Positions 48,102 through 59,405 are shown, counted from the stretch's first letter. The stretch is 64,000 bases of DNA from Candidatus Latescibacterota bacterium (GCA_964291625.2 OZ220089.1:3744001-3808000), one strand, 5' to 3'. The notes: a model not told the origin generated them from the sequence alone. Translations and numbers: made by a program.

Positions 48102-49601
48102 GTGAGAGCCACGGTCAAGCTGGACACCGACCGCCGCATCGGCGAGATCGACCGCCGCCTCTTCGGCGGATTCCTGGAACATCTCGGCCGCGCCGTCTAC
48201 GGCGGCGTCTACGATCCCGGGAACCCCTTGAGCGACGCTCACGGCTTCCGCACCGACGTGGCCGAGTCGATGCGGGGGCTGGACATGCCCTGCGTCCGCT
48301 ATCCCGGCGGCAACTTCGTGAGCAACTACGACTGGCGCGACGGCGTGGGGCCGCCGGAGAAGCGACCCTCGAGGCCCGACTTCGCGTGGAAGAGCATCGA
48401 GCCCAACACCTTCGGGGTGGACGAGTTCGTCCGCTGGTGCCGGGAGATCGGCACCGAGCCGATGATGGCCGTCAACCTCGGGACCCTGGGACCTCGCGAG
48501 GCGGCCGACCTCGTGGAGTACTGCAACCTTCCGGGCGGCACCCACTGGTCCGACGCGAGGCGGGCCAACGGCGGCGCTGATCCGCACGGGGTGAAGCTCT
48601 GGTGCCTGGGCAACGAGATGGACGGCCCCTGGCAGGCGGGCCACTGCCCGGCGCCCGAGTACGGCCGCAAGGCGAGGCAGGCGGCCCGGCTCATGCGCGG
48701 GATCGACCCCTCGATCGAGCTGGTCCTGTGCGGATCGTCAGGGCGCGGCATGGCCACCTACATGGAGTGGGACCGCACGGTGCTGGAGCACTGCTGGGAC
48801 GAGGTGGAGTACATCTCCGCCCACCGATACAGCGGCAACCGCGAGGACGACACGGCCTGGTTCCTGGCCGAGGGTGTGGAGATCGACCGCATCCTGGACG
48901 ACTACGCCGGGCTGCTGGCCTACGTGCGCGGAGTGAAGAAGAGCGACAGGCGGGTCCATGTCGCCTTCGACGAGTGGAACGTCTGGTACAAGAACCACCA
49001 GACCGACGGCGGCTGGACCGTGGGGCCCGGCCTGCTGGAGGAGGTCTACAACCTCGAGGACGCCCTGGTCTGCGCCCAGTACCTCAACAGCTTCCTGCGC
49101 CACGCCGATGTCGTCCGCATCGCCTGCCTCGCCCAGATCGTCAACGTCATCGCCCCCGTGCTGACGCGGCCCGACGGGCTCCTCGTGCAGAGCATCTACC
49201 ATCCGCTGCGGATGTTCTCCCGCCACGCGAAGGGCGTCTCCCTGGCGCCCGTCGTCGACGGACCCACGTACGAGGCTGGATCCCGGGGCGAGGTCCCCGT
49301 CCTGGACGTCTCCGCCAGCCACGACGAGGAGACCGGCGCCGTCAGCCTCTTCCTGGTGAACCGGGGGACCTCGGGGAACCTGGAGGTGGAGGTCTCCTTC
49401 GGCGGGCGCAGGGCGGGGACCGCCGTCGAGGTGGAGGTCCTCAGCGGCGACGACCCGAAAGCGCACAACTCCTGGGAGAGGCCGGACGCGGTCGCGCCCG
49501 TCGGGGGAAGCGCCGCCCGGGGCGACGACGGGAAGCTGCGGGTGCGGGCGCCGGCCCTCGGGCTCACGGTGGTCCGGGCGCGGCTGGAGCGGCAGCCCTA
49601 G
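48102..49601 (+). CDS. abfA: Alpha-L-arabinofuranosidase, GH51
   Basis: FGGFLEHLGRAVY, RYPGGNFVS.Y.W.DG.GP, WCLGNEMDGPWQ, FDEWNVW. Confidence 0.93.
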   Translation: MRATVKLDTDRRIGEIDRRLFGGFLEHLGRAVYGGVYDPGNPLSDAHGFRTDVAESMRGLDMPCVRYPGGNFVSNYDWRDGVGPPEKRPSRPDFAWKSIEPNTFGVDEFVRWCREIGTEPMMAVNLGTLGPREAADLVEYCNLPGGTHWSDARRANGGADPHGVKLWCLGNEMDGPWQAGHCPAPEYGRKARQAARLMRGIDPSIELVLCGSSGRGMATYMEWDRTVLEHCWDEVEYISAHRYSGNREDDTAWFLAEGVEIDRILDDYAGLLAYVRGVKKSDRRVHVAFDEWNVWYKNHQTDGGWTVGPGLLEEVYNLEDALVCAQYLNSFLRHADVVRIACLAQIVNVIAPVLTRPDGLLVQSIYHPLRMFSRHAKGVSLAPVVDGPTYEAGSRGEVPVLDVSASHDEETGAVSLFLVNRGTSGNLEVEVSFGGRRAGTAVEVEVLSGDDPKAHNSWERPDAVAPVGGSAARGDDGKLRVRAPALGLTVVRARLERQP

Positions 49602-49608
49602 ACACCGT

Positions 49609-50259
49609 ATGCTGAAAGCCATTCTTTGGGACAACGACGGCGTTCTGGTCGACACCGAAGGCCTGTACTTCCAGGCCTGCCGCGAGACCTTGGAACGCCT
49701 CGGACTCCGCCTCAGCGAAGCCCGCTTCATCGATCTCTTCCTCAAGGCCAGCGAAGGCCTTGCCACGATCGCCGCCGAACACGGCATGGACGAGCAGGCG
49801 CTGGAGCCCGCCCGCATCTGGCGCAACGCCCGCTACACCGAACTCCTGCGCGCCGGCGTACCCGTCATCGACGGCGCCCGCGAGGTCCTGCGGCAGCTCC
49901 ACGGCACGGTGCGCATGGGCATTGTCACCAGTTCGCGGCGGGAGCACTTTGAGATCATCCACGCCGCCACCGGCCTGCTGGCCTGCATCGATTTCACGCT
50001 CGTGCGCGAAGACTACCGGCATTCCAAGCCCGACCCCGAGCCCTACCTCACGGCCATGCGGCAGAACGGCCTTGGCGCCAGCGAATGTGTCGCTATCGAA
50101 GACTCTGACCGGGGGCTGCGCGCCGCACTGGCGGCCGGGCTGCGCTGCATCGTCATTCCGCAGGGCCTGACGCGCGGCCTGGACTTCACCGGCGCGCTGC
50201 GGCAACTGACCGATATCCGTGAGGTCCCACCGCTGATCCATGAACTGATGTCAAGCTAG
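49609..50259 (+). CDS. HAD-superfamily phosphatase
   Basis: WDNDGVLVDTE, VTSS, KPDPEPY, IEDS..G. Confidence 0.92.
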   Translation: MLKAILWDNDGVLVDTEGLYFQACRETLERLGLRLSEARFIDLFLKASEGLATIAAEHGMDEQALEPARIWRNARYTELLRAGVPVIDGAREVLRQLHGTVRMGIVTSSRREHFEIIHAATGLLACIDFTLVREDYRHSKPDPEPYLTAMRQNGLGASECVAIEDSDRGLRAALAAGLRCIVIPQGLTRGLDFTGALRQLTDIREVPPLIHELMSS

Positions 50260-50380
50260 TACAGTTTCTCTGGGTGCAGTCCAGGTCAGGTAGCTGAACT
50301 CATCTCTCCTCGGCCAGGCGGCGCCGCCTGGTCGCCACCGACATCCTCCAGGCTCGCCGGTAGTCTCATCGTGCGCGGCG

Positions 50381-52757
50381 TCAGAACAGCAGACTCACCC
50401 CCAGCCGCACATTGCGGGGATTTCCCGGGGTGAAGTGGATCTCCGAAGCAGGTTCCTCTTCGTCCCGCAGGCGCGATTCCGTGTCGAACTGGGCCTCGTT
50501 CCACACCGTGTCAAGCACGTTCTCAACGGCCAGGTTGAGCCGCCAGGCCCCTCGCTGAAAGGCACCGCCGAGATCGACGACAGTATAGCCCTCGGCCGTG
50601 ACGCTGCCGTCCTCGTTGGCGGGCCGGTCGCCGATATGGCGGTAGCGCAAGCTGCCTGCCAGGCCATCGGGGTGACGCCAGGTCAGGCCACCCGTAGAGT
50701 TCCTGTTGGGGGCCAGCGGAATCTTGTCGTCACCATCGGGTTCGTCCACCGCCTGACCTCGTGAGAGATTGAGGTCGGTATCAGCCCACAGCCAGGAGTA
50801 GAGTTGGAGACGGGCCTCCAGATCCAGCCCCGTCCGCCGGGTCTTGCCGCTGGCTTCGGTGGTGCCGGCATCGCCGACAAAGACGAACTCGCTCTCCAGG
50901 TCCATCCACCACAGGGCCGCCCCCAGACTCAACCGGTCGAACAAGCGGGTCCGCAGACCGGTTTCCGCCCCTACGGCCCGGGGTAGAGTCCCTTCCTCGA
51001 GGTGTCCCGGATCGATGTTCCGCTCGGCCAGCTCGGAGGCCACATCGGCCTCGGTGCGCCCATCGCGCCGCATGGCCCCGACGGATCTGCGAGGCCCGGG
51101 CGTCGATGACGTTGTTGCGGGCGTCGTTGGAGTGGAAACCAGTGCCGAAATTGGTGAAGAGGTCCAAGGCGTGGACGGGGCTGTACACCAGGGACGCCTT
51201 CGGGCTGAGTATGGAGGCCTGGGCAAAGCCCGAGGCGTGAGGCAAGTCGGTGGAGTGCCCTTCGAGACGGTCGTCGACATTGAAGGTGAAGTAATCGCCG
51301 CGCAGCCCCAGCACCAGTTGCAGGCGCGGGGTGAGAGCGATCTCCTCCTGGGCCCACAGGAACAGGTTGCGCTCCACCACATCGGCCTCGACCAGGGGTG
51401 CGAGGCGTTGGCGGTCGGGGCTTCTCCACAGACCCACGGATGCATTGTCGGCACGCAGGCCGCCCCCCATCGTGGTTTGGGCCAGGTGTGAGCCCCAGTA
51501 GTGGTGGAAGGTATAGGCGCTGTTGATTCCAGCGACTCGGCGGACATCGGTCTGCTCTATGGTGTCGCCGCGGTCGGGATCCTCGAGGAAGAAGGTGAAA
51601 TTGGAGAACAGTTTGAACTCGTAGTTGGCCAGGTAGGCCTGCAGGTCGAAGACGTCGGCGTCCTTTCCCTGGGCGTGGAAGTTGACCTGGACATCCTGGC
51701 GGCCCGTGGTGCCGCCCTCCAGATCGTCAATCGCCCCCCAGCGGTCGATGAGGCCCTGCTCGATGGCCCGCTGGGGGATCTGCCCGGAGGCGTCCCAGGC
51801 CGAACTGAAACCGCTGGTGGTCAGGGTGAAGGTGGATCGGTCGGAGAGACGAGTGTGGTACTTGCCGAAGAGATTGAGTCGCTCCAGGCCCTGAGGCTGC
51901 CTGACCGGGCCGTCGGTGCGGTAGTACTTGCCAGCGAAATAGGCGCTCTGCTCGGGACCGGCCAGCGGGATCTGGTAGAGCATGGTGTACTGGGCCGTGT
52001 TGAAACCACCCCCTTCGAGGTGGATGGCATTGTTGTCGAGACGGTCGCGGGTGTGATAGGCGATGGCCCCGGCGGTGGCCAGATTGCCGAACTCGGCGAA
52101 GTACGGCCCCTTCTTGACGTCCAGGCTCTCGACCACTTCGGGAATGAGGAAGTGCATGTCGGCGTAGCCTTGCCCATGGCCGTGGGAGACCATGTTCACG
52201 GGTACCCCATCCACCGAGATGGCCACATCGGTGCCGTGGTCGGCGTCAAAGCCGCGCAGGAAGATCTGTTCGGCCTTGCCGCCGCCGGCGTGCTGGGCAA
52301 TGATGAGGCCCGGCATCAGCTGCAGCATCTGGTGGGCCGTGCGATTGGGGCGGATGTGCAGATCGAACTGACGCACGGCCCGGGAGGAGGCCGCCGACAA
52401 GGCCCGTTCGCCGTGGATCAGCATTTCGCCCATGTGCAAGGGGCTGGGGGTCAGGGCGACGACCAGGCGAGCCTTCCCTTCAGGGGCCACCCGCACGGTA
52501 TCGGTGAAAGCAGAGTAGCCGATCTGACTGATTTCCACCTGGTAGGCCCCCGGTGGCACTATGGGCAACAGGAACTGACCGTTCATGTCCGTGGAGGCCC
52601 CCAGCAGGGTACCCACGAGACGAATAGTGGCTCCGATCAAGGGCTCGCCGGTAGCCTCGTCGGTTACCTCCCCACTGAGGCTGGCCTCCGGCTGGGCGGT
52701 GAGAGGACGGGCGACCGCCAGGGCCGCCAGAATCGACACACAGACCACCTTGCGCAT
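50381..52757 (-). CDS. TonB-dependent receptor, split by an apparent 1-nt insertion near 51076-51079
   Basis: Carboxypeptidase-like N-domain, QHAGGGKAEQIFLRGFDADHGTD plug, HGHGQGYAD; C-terminal part continues in another frame to GVSLLF. Confidence 0.88.
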
Positions 52758-52866
52758 GTATCATCGCTCCTTGTGGGTTCAGGCCGGGTGATGTTCAGGG
52801 GCCGATCCTCGGACGACAAATGTAGGCCGGCGGCAACCCTTCGGGGCGAAGGAGACCGCCGGTCCT

Positions 52867-55086
52867 TCAGAAGAACACCTTGTGCAGCAGGCGCAGGTTG
52901 CGGCCCGGCTCGGGCAGGATCTCCTTGACGCGGTTGAGGTGGTTGCGGTAGACCGCGTCGGTGGCGTTCTCCAGGGTCAGGGTGAGGGTGTGCAGGCGCC
53001 CTCCCCAGTGCACGTGGTGCTCGCCGGAGAGGTCGAGGACCGCGTAGCCCTCGGTGGGCCCCTCGAACTCCCCGGGCCGGTCCTGGTCGGCGGCCAGGCG
53101 CAGGGCGGCCGCCGCCTTCAGGGCTTCGGACGGCTCCCAGCTGAGGGTGACCCGGCCCTGCAGGGGGGGCAGGCGCGGCAGGGGCTCGTCGTCGAGGTCG
53201 GTGAGGCGGCCCTGCACGTAGCCGAGGGTTCCGGCCGCCTTCCAGGCGCGTGCCAGGTACCAGTCGAAGGCCGCCTCGACGCCGTGCATGAGGACCGACT
53301 CCCCCACCATTCGGTAGAGGAAGAGATCCGCCCGGCGCAGGCTGCGCTCGCCCGTGTTCTTGGGGAAGATGTAGCCGTCGATGGCGTTGCGGAAGAAGGC
53401 CAGGTGGATCTGGCCGCCCTGGCGCCGGTACTCGGCGAAGACCTCCACCCCCCGGCCGCGCTCGCTGTCCAGAGATGCGTTGCCCACCTCGTAGGAATAG
53501 GCGGCCAGGTGGGGCCCCTCGGAGAACAGCTCCTCGATGCCGGGGGCCCGGAAGGTGCGCATCAGGGTCGAGCCCAGGGTCAGGCTCGGGGTGGCCCGGT
53601 AATGGCTGGACAGGCCGGCGGAGAAGCCGGCGAAGTCGCGGCTCCGGATGGGGCCCACCGTGCGGGAGACGCGCTCTTCCCGGGGCTCGACGCGGCGGGC
53701 GTCGAAGCGCAGGGCGGCGTTGGCGGACCAGGGACCGGCCTCCGTCTCCTGGTAGGTGTAGAGGGCCCCGGCGTACTCCTCGGAGGCGGGGGTGAAGTTG
53801 AGTCCGGCCGCCGCGTAGTTCCGGTACTCGTACCACACGCCGGCGGCGCCGTCGGTCACGGGCCCCATGGGCTCGAGGTGGGCCAGGGCTCCGACGTGGT
53901 GGGACAGAAGCCCGAACTCTATGCCGAGGGAACCGTCGGCCTCGAACTCCCCGTGCTGGTAGCGCGAGAAGGAGTGGTGCAGCTCCAGGCGCTGGAGCCA
54001 GTCCGGCCCGGTGAGGATCTCGCCGCGCCCTTCGAGGTGCTGGCGCTGCAGCTCGATGGAGATGCCATGAGGGTGGCCGCCCTCGGGGTCCGGGGGGATG
54101 CCGTAGTCGGAGTCGTAGAGGCTGCCGGAGACGCCCGCGTGCCCCCAGGGCCCCACCAGCCCCACGCCGACCGAGGTGTTGCCCGTGCGGATCTCGGTGT
54201 TGGGCAGCTCCCCGCGCGGGGTGCCGATGGCTTCGACGTCGCGCAGACTGCCGTCGGCCCGCACCGCCAGGGGCCCGAGAGCATGCTCCAGGGCCAGGCC
54301 GCCGGCCAGGCCCCGGTTGACGCTCTCCCCCTGCCAGGTGAAGGAACCTCTCAGGCCGGCGGGCAGCTCGGAGGGCACGTAGCCCCGGACCACGTTGACC
54401 ACCCCGGCCAGGGCATTGGAGCCGTGGAGCAGGGTCCGGGGTCCGCGCACGACCTCGATGCGCTCGGTGGTCATCGGCTCGATGGCCACCGCGTGGTCCG
54501 AGCAGGTGGCCGAGAGATCGCCGGTGCGCTCCCCGTCCTCGAGCACCAGCAGGCGGTCGCCTCCCAGGCCGCGCAGCACCGGCCGCGCCGGCGCCGGCCC
54601 CATGGAGCGATGGGCGATGCCCGGCTCGTAGTCGATGGTCTCGGCGATGGTGCGGCTCAGGTTCTGGCGCAGCTTGCTGCTGCTGAAGACCACCTCCGGT
54701 TCCTGGAGCGGGGAGAGTTGGACCCGTTCGCCCTCGATGACCACGGCTCTCACGGCGATCGTCTCGTGGCCGATCTGCAGATCGACGTGGGTCGTGTCGC
54801 TGGCGCTCACCTCGACCTCGAAGCGGGCCTCGTGGTAGCCCATGCGCAGGCTGCGCAGGACATGGACGCCGGGGGGTACGTTGGCGAAGAAGAAGTAGCC
54901 GGCGGCGTCGCTGGTCTGCGCCCGGTCGAGGCCCTCGAGGACCACGGTGGTCCAGCCCACGGCCTGGCCGCTCTCGTTGTCGACCACGTGGCCGGCCAGG
55001 GCGCCGGTCTGGCCGTGGACGGGTGCCGCGGCCAGACCCAGGAGAAGGAAGAGGAGGGCGGTACTGGGGGTGACTTTTCCGAGCAT
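52867..55086 (-). CDS. TonB-dependent receptor (ZnuD-like, probable metal uptake)
   Basis: RPVLRGLGGDR, SDHAV, IEVVRGP..LL.G, ELFSEGPHLA, EPGRN, terminal F. Confidence 0.9.
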   Translation of the reverse strand: MLGKVTPSTALLFLLLGLAAAPVHGQTGALAGHVVDNESGQAVGWTTVVLEGLDRAQTSDAAGYFFFANVPPGVHVLRSLRMGYHEARFEVEVSASDTTHVDLQIGHETIAVRAVVIEGERVQLSPLQEPEVVFSSSKLRQNLSRTIAETIDYEPGIAHRSMGPAPARPVLRGLGGDRLLVLEDGERTGDLSATCSDHAVAIEPMTTERIEVVRGPRTLLHGSNALAGVVNVVRGYVPSELPAGLRGSFTWQGESVNRGLAGGLALEHALGPLAVRADGSLRDVEAIGTPRGELPNTEIRTGNTSVGVGLVGPWGHAGVSGSLYDSDYGIPPDPEGGHPHGISIELQRQHLEGRGEILTGPDWLQRLELHHSFSRYQHGEFEADGSLGIEFGLLSHHVGALAHLEPMGPVTDGAAGVWYEYRNYAAAGLNFTPASEEYAGALYTYQETEAGPWSANAALRFDARRVEPREERVSRTVGPIRSRDFAGFSAGLSSHYRATPSLTLGSTLMRTFRAPGIEELFSEGPHLAAYSYEVGNASLDSERGRGVEVFAEYRRQGGQIHLAFFRNAIDGYIFPKNTGERSLRRADLFLYRMVGESVLMHGVEAAFDWYLARAWKAAGTLGYVQGRLTDLDDEPLPRLPPLQGRVTLSWEPSEALKAAAALRLAADQDRPGEFEGPTEGYAVLDLSGEHHVHWGGRLHTLTLTLENATDAVYRNHLNRVKEILPEPGRNLRLLHKVFF

Positions 55087-55230
55087 TCCTGTGTTCTCCG
55101 TTGAGTTGAGGAAAGGGGATACCGGCCCGCCCCGCTGGACGGTCTGATCCCCGAGGTACGGCAGGAGAACGCATCCGCACCCGGCCGGCGCACGGCCGGA
55201 GAGGGACTTCAGTCGATCAGGTGCGGATGC

Positions 55231-55542
55231 TCAGGAAGGGGGTGGCGCGCGGCTGCGCCGGGTGGTCAGGCGGACGGTGCAGGGCTGGACGGCCCTGGGA
55301 CGCGGGAGCGGGGGGTCGCGGTGGGCCGGCGTCAGGAGCACCAGGCCGGGCACGACCAGGACGGCGAGGGAGAGGGCGGAGACGACGGCCGATATGGGGC
55401 AATCCTCGGCCTCCAGTGGCCCGCAGTCGTCCAGGTGGTGCAGCAGGGGCAGCAACAGGGACAGGGCGAGCACGAGGGCGGCGAAGGCCATGATGCCGCC
55501 GCTCCAGCCGTACCGGCGGTACTCGAGAAGTCTCCCTGCCAT
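55231..55542 (-). CDS. DUF2946/CruR-like leader protein with C-terminal RAPP motif
   Basis: TM segment, HHLDDC......CPIS, second hydrophobic stretch, ends RSRAPPPS; directly upstream of TonB receptors. Confidence 0.7.
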   Translation of the reverse strand: MAGRLLEYRRYGWSGGIMAFAALVLALSLLLPLLHHLDDCGPLEAEDCPISAVVSALSLAVLVVPGLVLLTPAHRDPPLPRPRAVQPCTVRLTTRRSRAPPPS

Positions 55543-55691
55543 CGTCGATCCGTTGCGCATCGACATCAATCTAGGCATACAGGTCCAGGAGCGCCCACGA
55601 GCCGGCCGCCCGCGGGACCCGCCGGCCGGCCGGCCCGGCATCCGGCCTGGGCGGCACGATGCGCTCGCGGGCCGGTCCGGGGCGCTGTCCG

Positions 55692-57779
55692 TCATCGATC
55701 GGGGGCGAGCGCCCCCCAGAGAAACCGGAACGCCAGCGTCCACATGTAGGCCCGCTGGGCGTTGTCCGCCGCCCCCGCGTGTCCGCCTTCCACGTTCTCG
55801 TAGTAGAGGACGCCGTGGCCCATCTCCCGCATCCTGGCAACCATCTTGCGGGCATGTCCCGGGTGGACGCGGTCGTCCCGGGTGGAGGTCGTGACGAGGA
55901 GCCTGGGGTAGTCCACCTCCCTGGAGAGGTTGTGGTAGGGCGAGAAGCCCTCGATGAAGGCCCACTCGTCGGGATCGTCGGGGTCGCCGTACTCCGCCAT
56001 CCAGCTGGCCCCGGCCAGCAGTTCGTGGTAGCGGCGCATGTCGAACAACGGTACCTGCGCGACGATGGCGCCGAACAGGTCGGGGCGCATGGTGAGCATG
56101 TTGCCCACCAGGAGCCCGCCGTTGCTGCCGCCCATGGCTCCGAGTTGCTCCGGCGTGGTGACGCCTCGGCGAACCAGGTCCTCGGCAACCGCGATGAAGT
56201 CCTCACAGGCCCGCGGACGGTCCGCCTTGAGGGCGGCCTGGTGCCACTCGGGTCCGAACTCGCCGCCGCCCCGGATGTTCGCCACCACGTAGACCCCGCC
56301 CTCCTCCAGCCACGCTGCGCCGATCCCTGCCGAATACCCGGGAAGCAGGGGAATCCGGAAACCGCCGTAGCCGTAGAGCAGTGTCGGCCGCGGTTCGTTG
56401 GTGCCGTCTCGGGAGACCTGGAAATAGGGAATCCGGGTCCCGTCGGCGGACGCGGTCCAATGCTGCGCCACGGACAGGCCGTCGGCGTCGAACTTGCCCG
56501 GTGCGCGCTTCAGCACGACGGGGTCCTCACCCACCGACGCGAGGGACAGGATGGACGGGGTCAGGTAGTCGGTGGTCTTGAGGAAGAATCGGTCGTCCCC
56601 GTCGGGGTCCACGGCGTCGGCGTCGAGGGTCTGGAAGCCGGCGGGATCGATGCCCTGAAGGGGGGTGGTGGTCCAGCCTTCGGGACCGGGTGTGGCGACT
56701 TCGATGCGGTTGCGGACGTTGTCCAGGATGTTGATCAGAACGTGGTTGCGGGTCAGGGAGTAGCCGGCGAGGGCGGTGCCTTCACCCGGTTCGAAGAGGA
56801 CCGAGAAGCCCCGTTCGCCGGCGAGGAAGCGATCCAGCTCGAGGGCGATCAGGCTCCCCGTGGCAAAGGTGGACCCTTCGGTAGCCCAGTCGCTGCGCGT
56901 CGTCACGTAGAGCCAGCCGCGGTGCACCGCGTAGCCCGCGTCGGAAGGGATCTCGAGCGGTACGAGCTCCTCGCCGCGGCGAATGAAGTGGTCGCTGTTG
57001 TAGAAGTCGCGCCCCCGGTACACGAACTGCATCTCGAAACCCGGGGACAGCTCGGCGTAGGCGCCCACCGATACATCCGCCGATTCCCCTTCGAAGACGG
57101 TGGCGGCCTCCTCGAGGGCCTGACCGCGCCGCCACAGTTTGACGATCCGGGGATAGCCGGAGTCGGTCATGGTGCCGGGGCCGAAATCGGTGGCGACGAA
57201 GATCTCGTCGGGGCCGGCCCAGGCGACGGTGCCCTTGGACTCGGGCAGCGAGAAGCCGTCTTCCACGAACGCCCTGGCCACGAGGTCGAACTCCCGGACC
57301 ACGACGGCGTCGGCGCCGCCCCGGGACAGACGCAGCAGGCAGCGGTCGTAGGTCGGAACCAGGATGGAAACACCCCCGTAGACCCAGTTCTCGCCCTCGT
57401 CGCGTCCCAGGGCGTCGATGTCGAGGACGACCTCCCAGTCGGGGCTCGGCTTCCTGTACTCCTCGAGCGTCGTGCGCCGCCACAGGCCGCGGGGGTTGGC
57501 CTCATCCTGCCAGAAGTTGTAGCACCAGTCGCCGGCCTTGTACACGTAGGGGATGCGATCGTCGGCATCGAAGATCCCCAGGAGACGCCGCTGCAGCGGA
57601 TCGAAGGCCGGGTCTTCGGCAAAGGCGTCCCGGACCTCATCGTTCCATTCCCCGACCCACGCCAGCGCCTCGTCGCCGCCGACATCTTCCAGCCAGAGGT
57701 AGGGATCCTCTTCAGTCGACCAGCCCGGCAGCGCCACGGCCACTCCCATGCTCGCCAGTAGTCTCAACATGCTCTGCAT
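55692..57779 (-). CDS. Prolyl oligopeptidase (S9A), secreted
   Basis: DPYLWLED, YGYGGF, NIRGGGEFG, GGSNGGLL, DDRVHP.H, GGH. Confidence 0.95.
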   Translation of the reverse strand: MQSMLRLLASMGVAVALPGWSTEEDPYLWLEDVGGDEALAWVGEWNDEVRDAFAEDPAFDPLQRRLLGIFDADDRIPYVYKAGDWCYNFWQDEANPRGLWRRTTLEEYRKPSPDWEVVLDIDALGRDEGENWVYGGVSILVPTYDRCLLRLSRGGADAVVVREFDLVARAFVEDGFSLPESKGTVAWAGPDEIFVATDFGPGTMTDSGYPRIVKLWRRGQALEEAATVFEGESADVSVGAYAELSPGFEMQFVYRGRDFYNSDHFIRRGEELVPLEIPSDAGYAVHRGWLYVTTRSDWATEGSTFATGSLIALELDRFLAGERGFSVLFEPGEGTALAGYSLTRNHVLINILDNVRNRIEVATPGPEGWTTTPLQGIDPAGFQTLDADAVDPDGDDRFFLKTTDYLTPSILSLASVGEDPVVLKRAPGKFDADGLSVAQHWTASADGTRIPYFQVSRDGTNEPRPTLLYGYGGFRIPLLPGYSAGIGAAWLEEGGVYVVANIRGGGEFGPEWHQAALKADRPRACEDFIAVAEDLVRRGVTTPEQLGAMGGSNGGLLVGNMLTMRPDLFGAIVAQVPLFDMRRYHELLAGASWMAEYGDPDDPDEWAFIEGFSPYHNLSREVDYPRLLVTTSTRDDRVHPGHARKMVARMREMGHGVLYYENVEGGHAGAADNAQRAYMWTLAFRFLWGALAPDR

Positions 57780-57805
57780 CTGAGATCCCCGTCGCAGGGT
57801 CCAGG

Positions 57806-58696
57806 CTATACACACCCAGGGTACTCCCGTCCCCGGATCAGGGGCCAACCGTTGACAGGCTCCGGTCCGACAAGGCAACCGCGCTGTTTCAGGCTCTCGG
57901 TCTCTTCGGGTGTGCCGATGTAACGCGTGTCCGAGGAGACGTAGTGAATCGACCAGCCTCGCCGCCGGTAGGGTGTTGTATTCGGGCCGCTGCAATGGAG
58001 CGCCAGGCTATGGTGGAAGGTCGCATCTCCCGCCTTCAGTGGCACAGCGACCTCCTGGGCGAGCACATCCTCTGTCAGCATGTAGGGGAGGTGATCCCAG
58101 TTGACGAGGCCGAAGTTGTGGCTGCCCGGGATGAAGCGCACGCAACCGTTCTCGGCCGTCGCATCGTCGAGCAGAATCTGGCATGTGACCTGGAAGTTGC
58201 TCGCGAAGAAAGCCCAGAACACGGAATCCTGATGATAGCGATTCGCTGGCGCGTACGGCGGCTTCGCAAAGACCTGGTCGTAGTAGAGCTTGATATCGGG
58301 CCCCATGAGGGACTCGATGATGTCGACGATTCCGGGACTCCGGACAACCGCCTCAAAAGCTGAATCGTAGTACGAAGGCAGGTTGAGATGGCGTATCGTA
58401 TCCAAGGGGTCCTCAACCGGTGTGCGTCTCTCGTCGCCGGTCACTTCCCCCCTTGGATAGACCTGGGTGCCCCGTCGGTCATGTCGACTCCCGTGAGGTG
58501 TAGGCGGCTCGGCCGCTTGAGCGGCTCCGGGAGTGTGGTGAGAGATGTTGCCTTCCGGATAGTCGGGGACGCGGCCGAGGGCGAGGTCGGCGTAGTGGTT
58601 GTGCAGCGTCTCGAGTTCATGCGGGGTGAGAAGCTCCTTGACGGCGATGTAGCCGTCCTCGAAGAAGCGGGTCTTCTGTTCCTGAGTCAGGGCCAT
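57806..58696 (-). CDS. PhyH family dioxygenase
   Basis: FFEDGY, KPP, HQD, NGCVRFIPGSH, HCSGPN..RR. Confidence 0.92.
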   Translation of the reverse strand: MALTQEQKTRFFEDGYIAVKELLTPHELETLHNHYADLALGRVPDYPEGNISHHTPGAAQAAEPPTPHGSRHDRRGTQVYPRGEVTGDERRTPVEDPLDTIRHLNLPSYYDSAFEAVVRSPGIVDIIESLMGPDIKLYYDQVFAKPPYAPANRYHQDSVFWAFFASNFQVTCQILLDDATAENGCVRFIPGSHNFGLVNWDHLPYMLTEDVLAQEVAVPLKAGDATFHHSLALHCSGPNTTPYRRRGWSIHYVSSDTRYIGTPEETESLKQRGCLVGPEPVNGWPLIRGREYPGCV

Positions 58697-58814
58697 GGAT
58701 ACCTCCGAATCACCTGGGGCTCGGCAACCGGCTTGGCTGGTCCCATCCGACCACGTGTCGATGCGGATACCGTCGTCGAACCAGTCGTCAGCCCAACCAT
58801 CCCGCCGAGGGGGA

Positions 58815-59405
58815 TCAGGTCCAGTTCACGAAGACAAGGTTTTCCAGGTCGTCGACGACGATTTCGACGGTGGAGGAGTCCACAGGTTCGAATCCTTCAA
58901 AGTCGTAGTCGGGAATCTCCACCCCCCTCCCTGCGCTGTATCCCGGTTCGAACTCCTCGGCCCATGGGATGCCGTTGACATTATCCCCGGTGGAGAAGAT
59001 CACGCAGTGCCGGGTCGCCCCTCCGAGGATGTCCCCGTAGTCGTAGTCTTCGGGAAGGATTCCCGGCTCTTCCATCCCGGTCGCCGAGGGTTTGACAATC
59101 AGGAGTACGGCGACCCCCAAGTCACCGTTCAGCGCCTCGGGGGGCGGGTCTTCGGAGAGGACCAGCTCGAAGGTCAGGTCCTCGGTGTTGACGGTTCCTT
59201 CACCGAAGAAATAGTTGTAGTCCTCGCCCGTAACCACGCCCCACCAGGCCACGACTCTCGCCCCGGTCAGATCGGCTCCGGTTTCATTCCGGACAATTCC
59301 CGAGACCACGAACCCTTCCGGGGTTCTGCTTTTGACCGGGCTGCTGTCGTCCGAGCAGGAAACCAGCAACACTCCGGCAAAGAGGCCCCACAGTCCTCTA
59401 TTCAT
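58815..59405 (-). CDS. Hypothetical acidic lipoprotein
   Basis: MNRGLWGLFAGVLLVSC lipobox; AGGAGG RBS. Confidence 0.75.
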   Translation of the reverse strand: MNRGLWGLFAGVLLVSCSDDSSPVKSRTPEGFVVSGIVRNETGADLTGARVVAWWGVVTGEDYNYFFGEGTVNTEDLTFELVLSEDPPPEALNGDLGVAVLLIVKPSATGMEEPGILPEDYDYGDILGGATRHCVIFSTGDNVNGIPWAEEFEPGYSAGRGVEIPDYDFEGFEPVDSSTVEIVVDDLENLVFVNWT

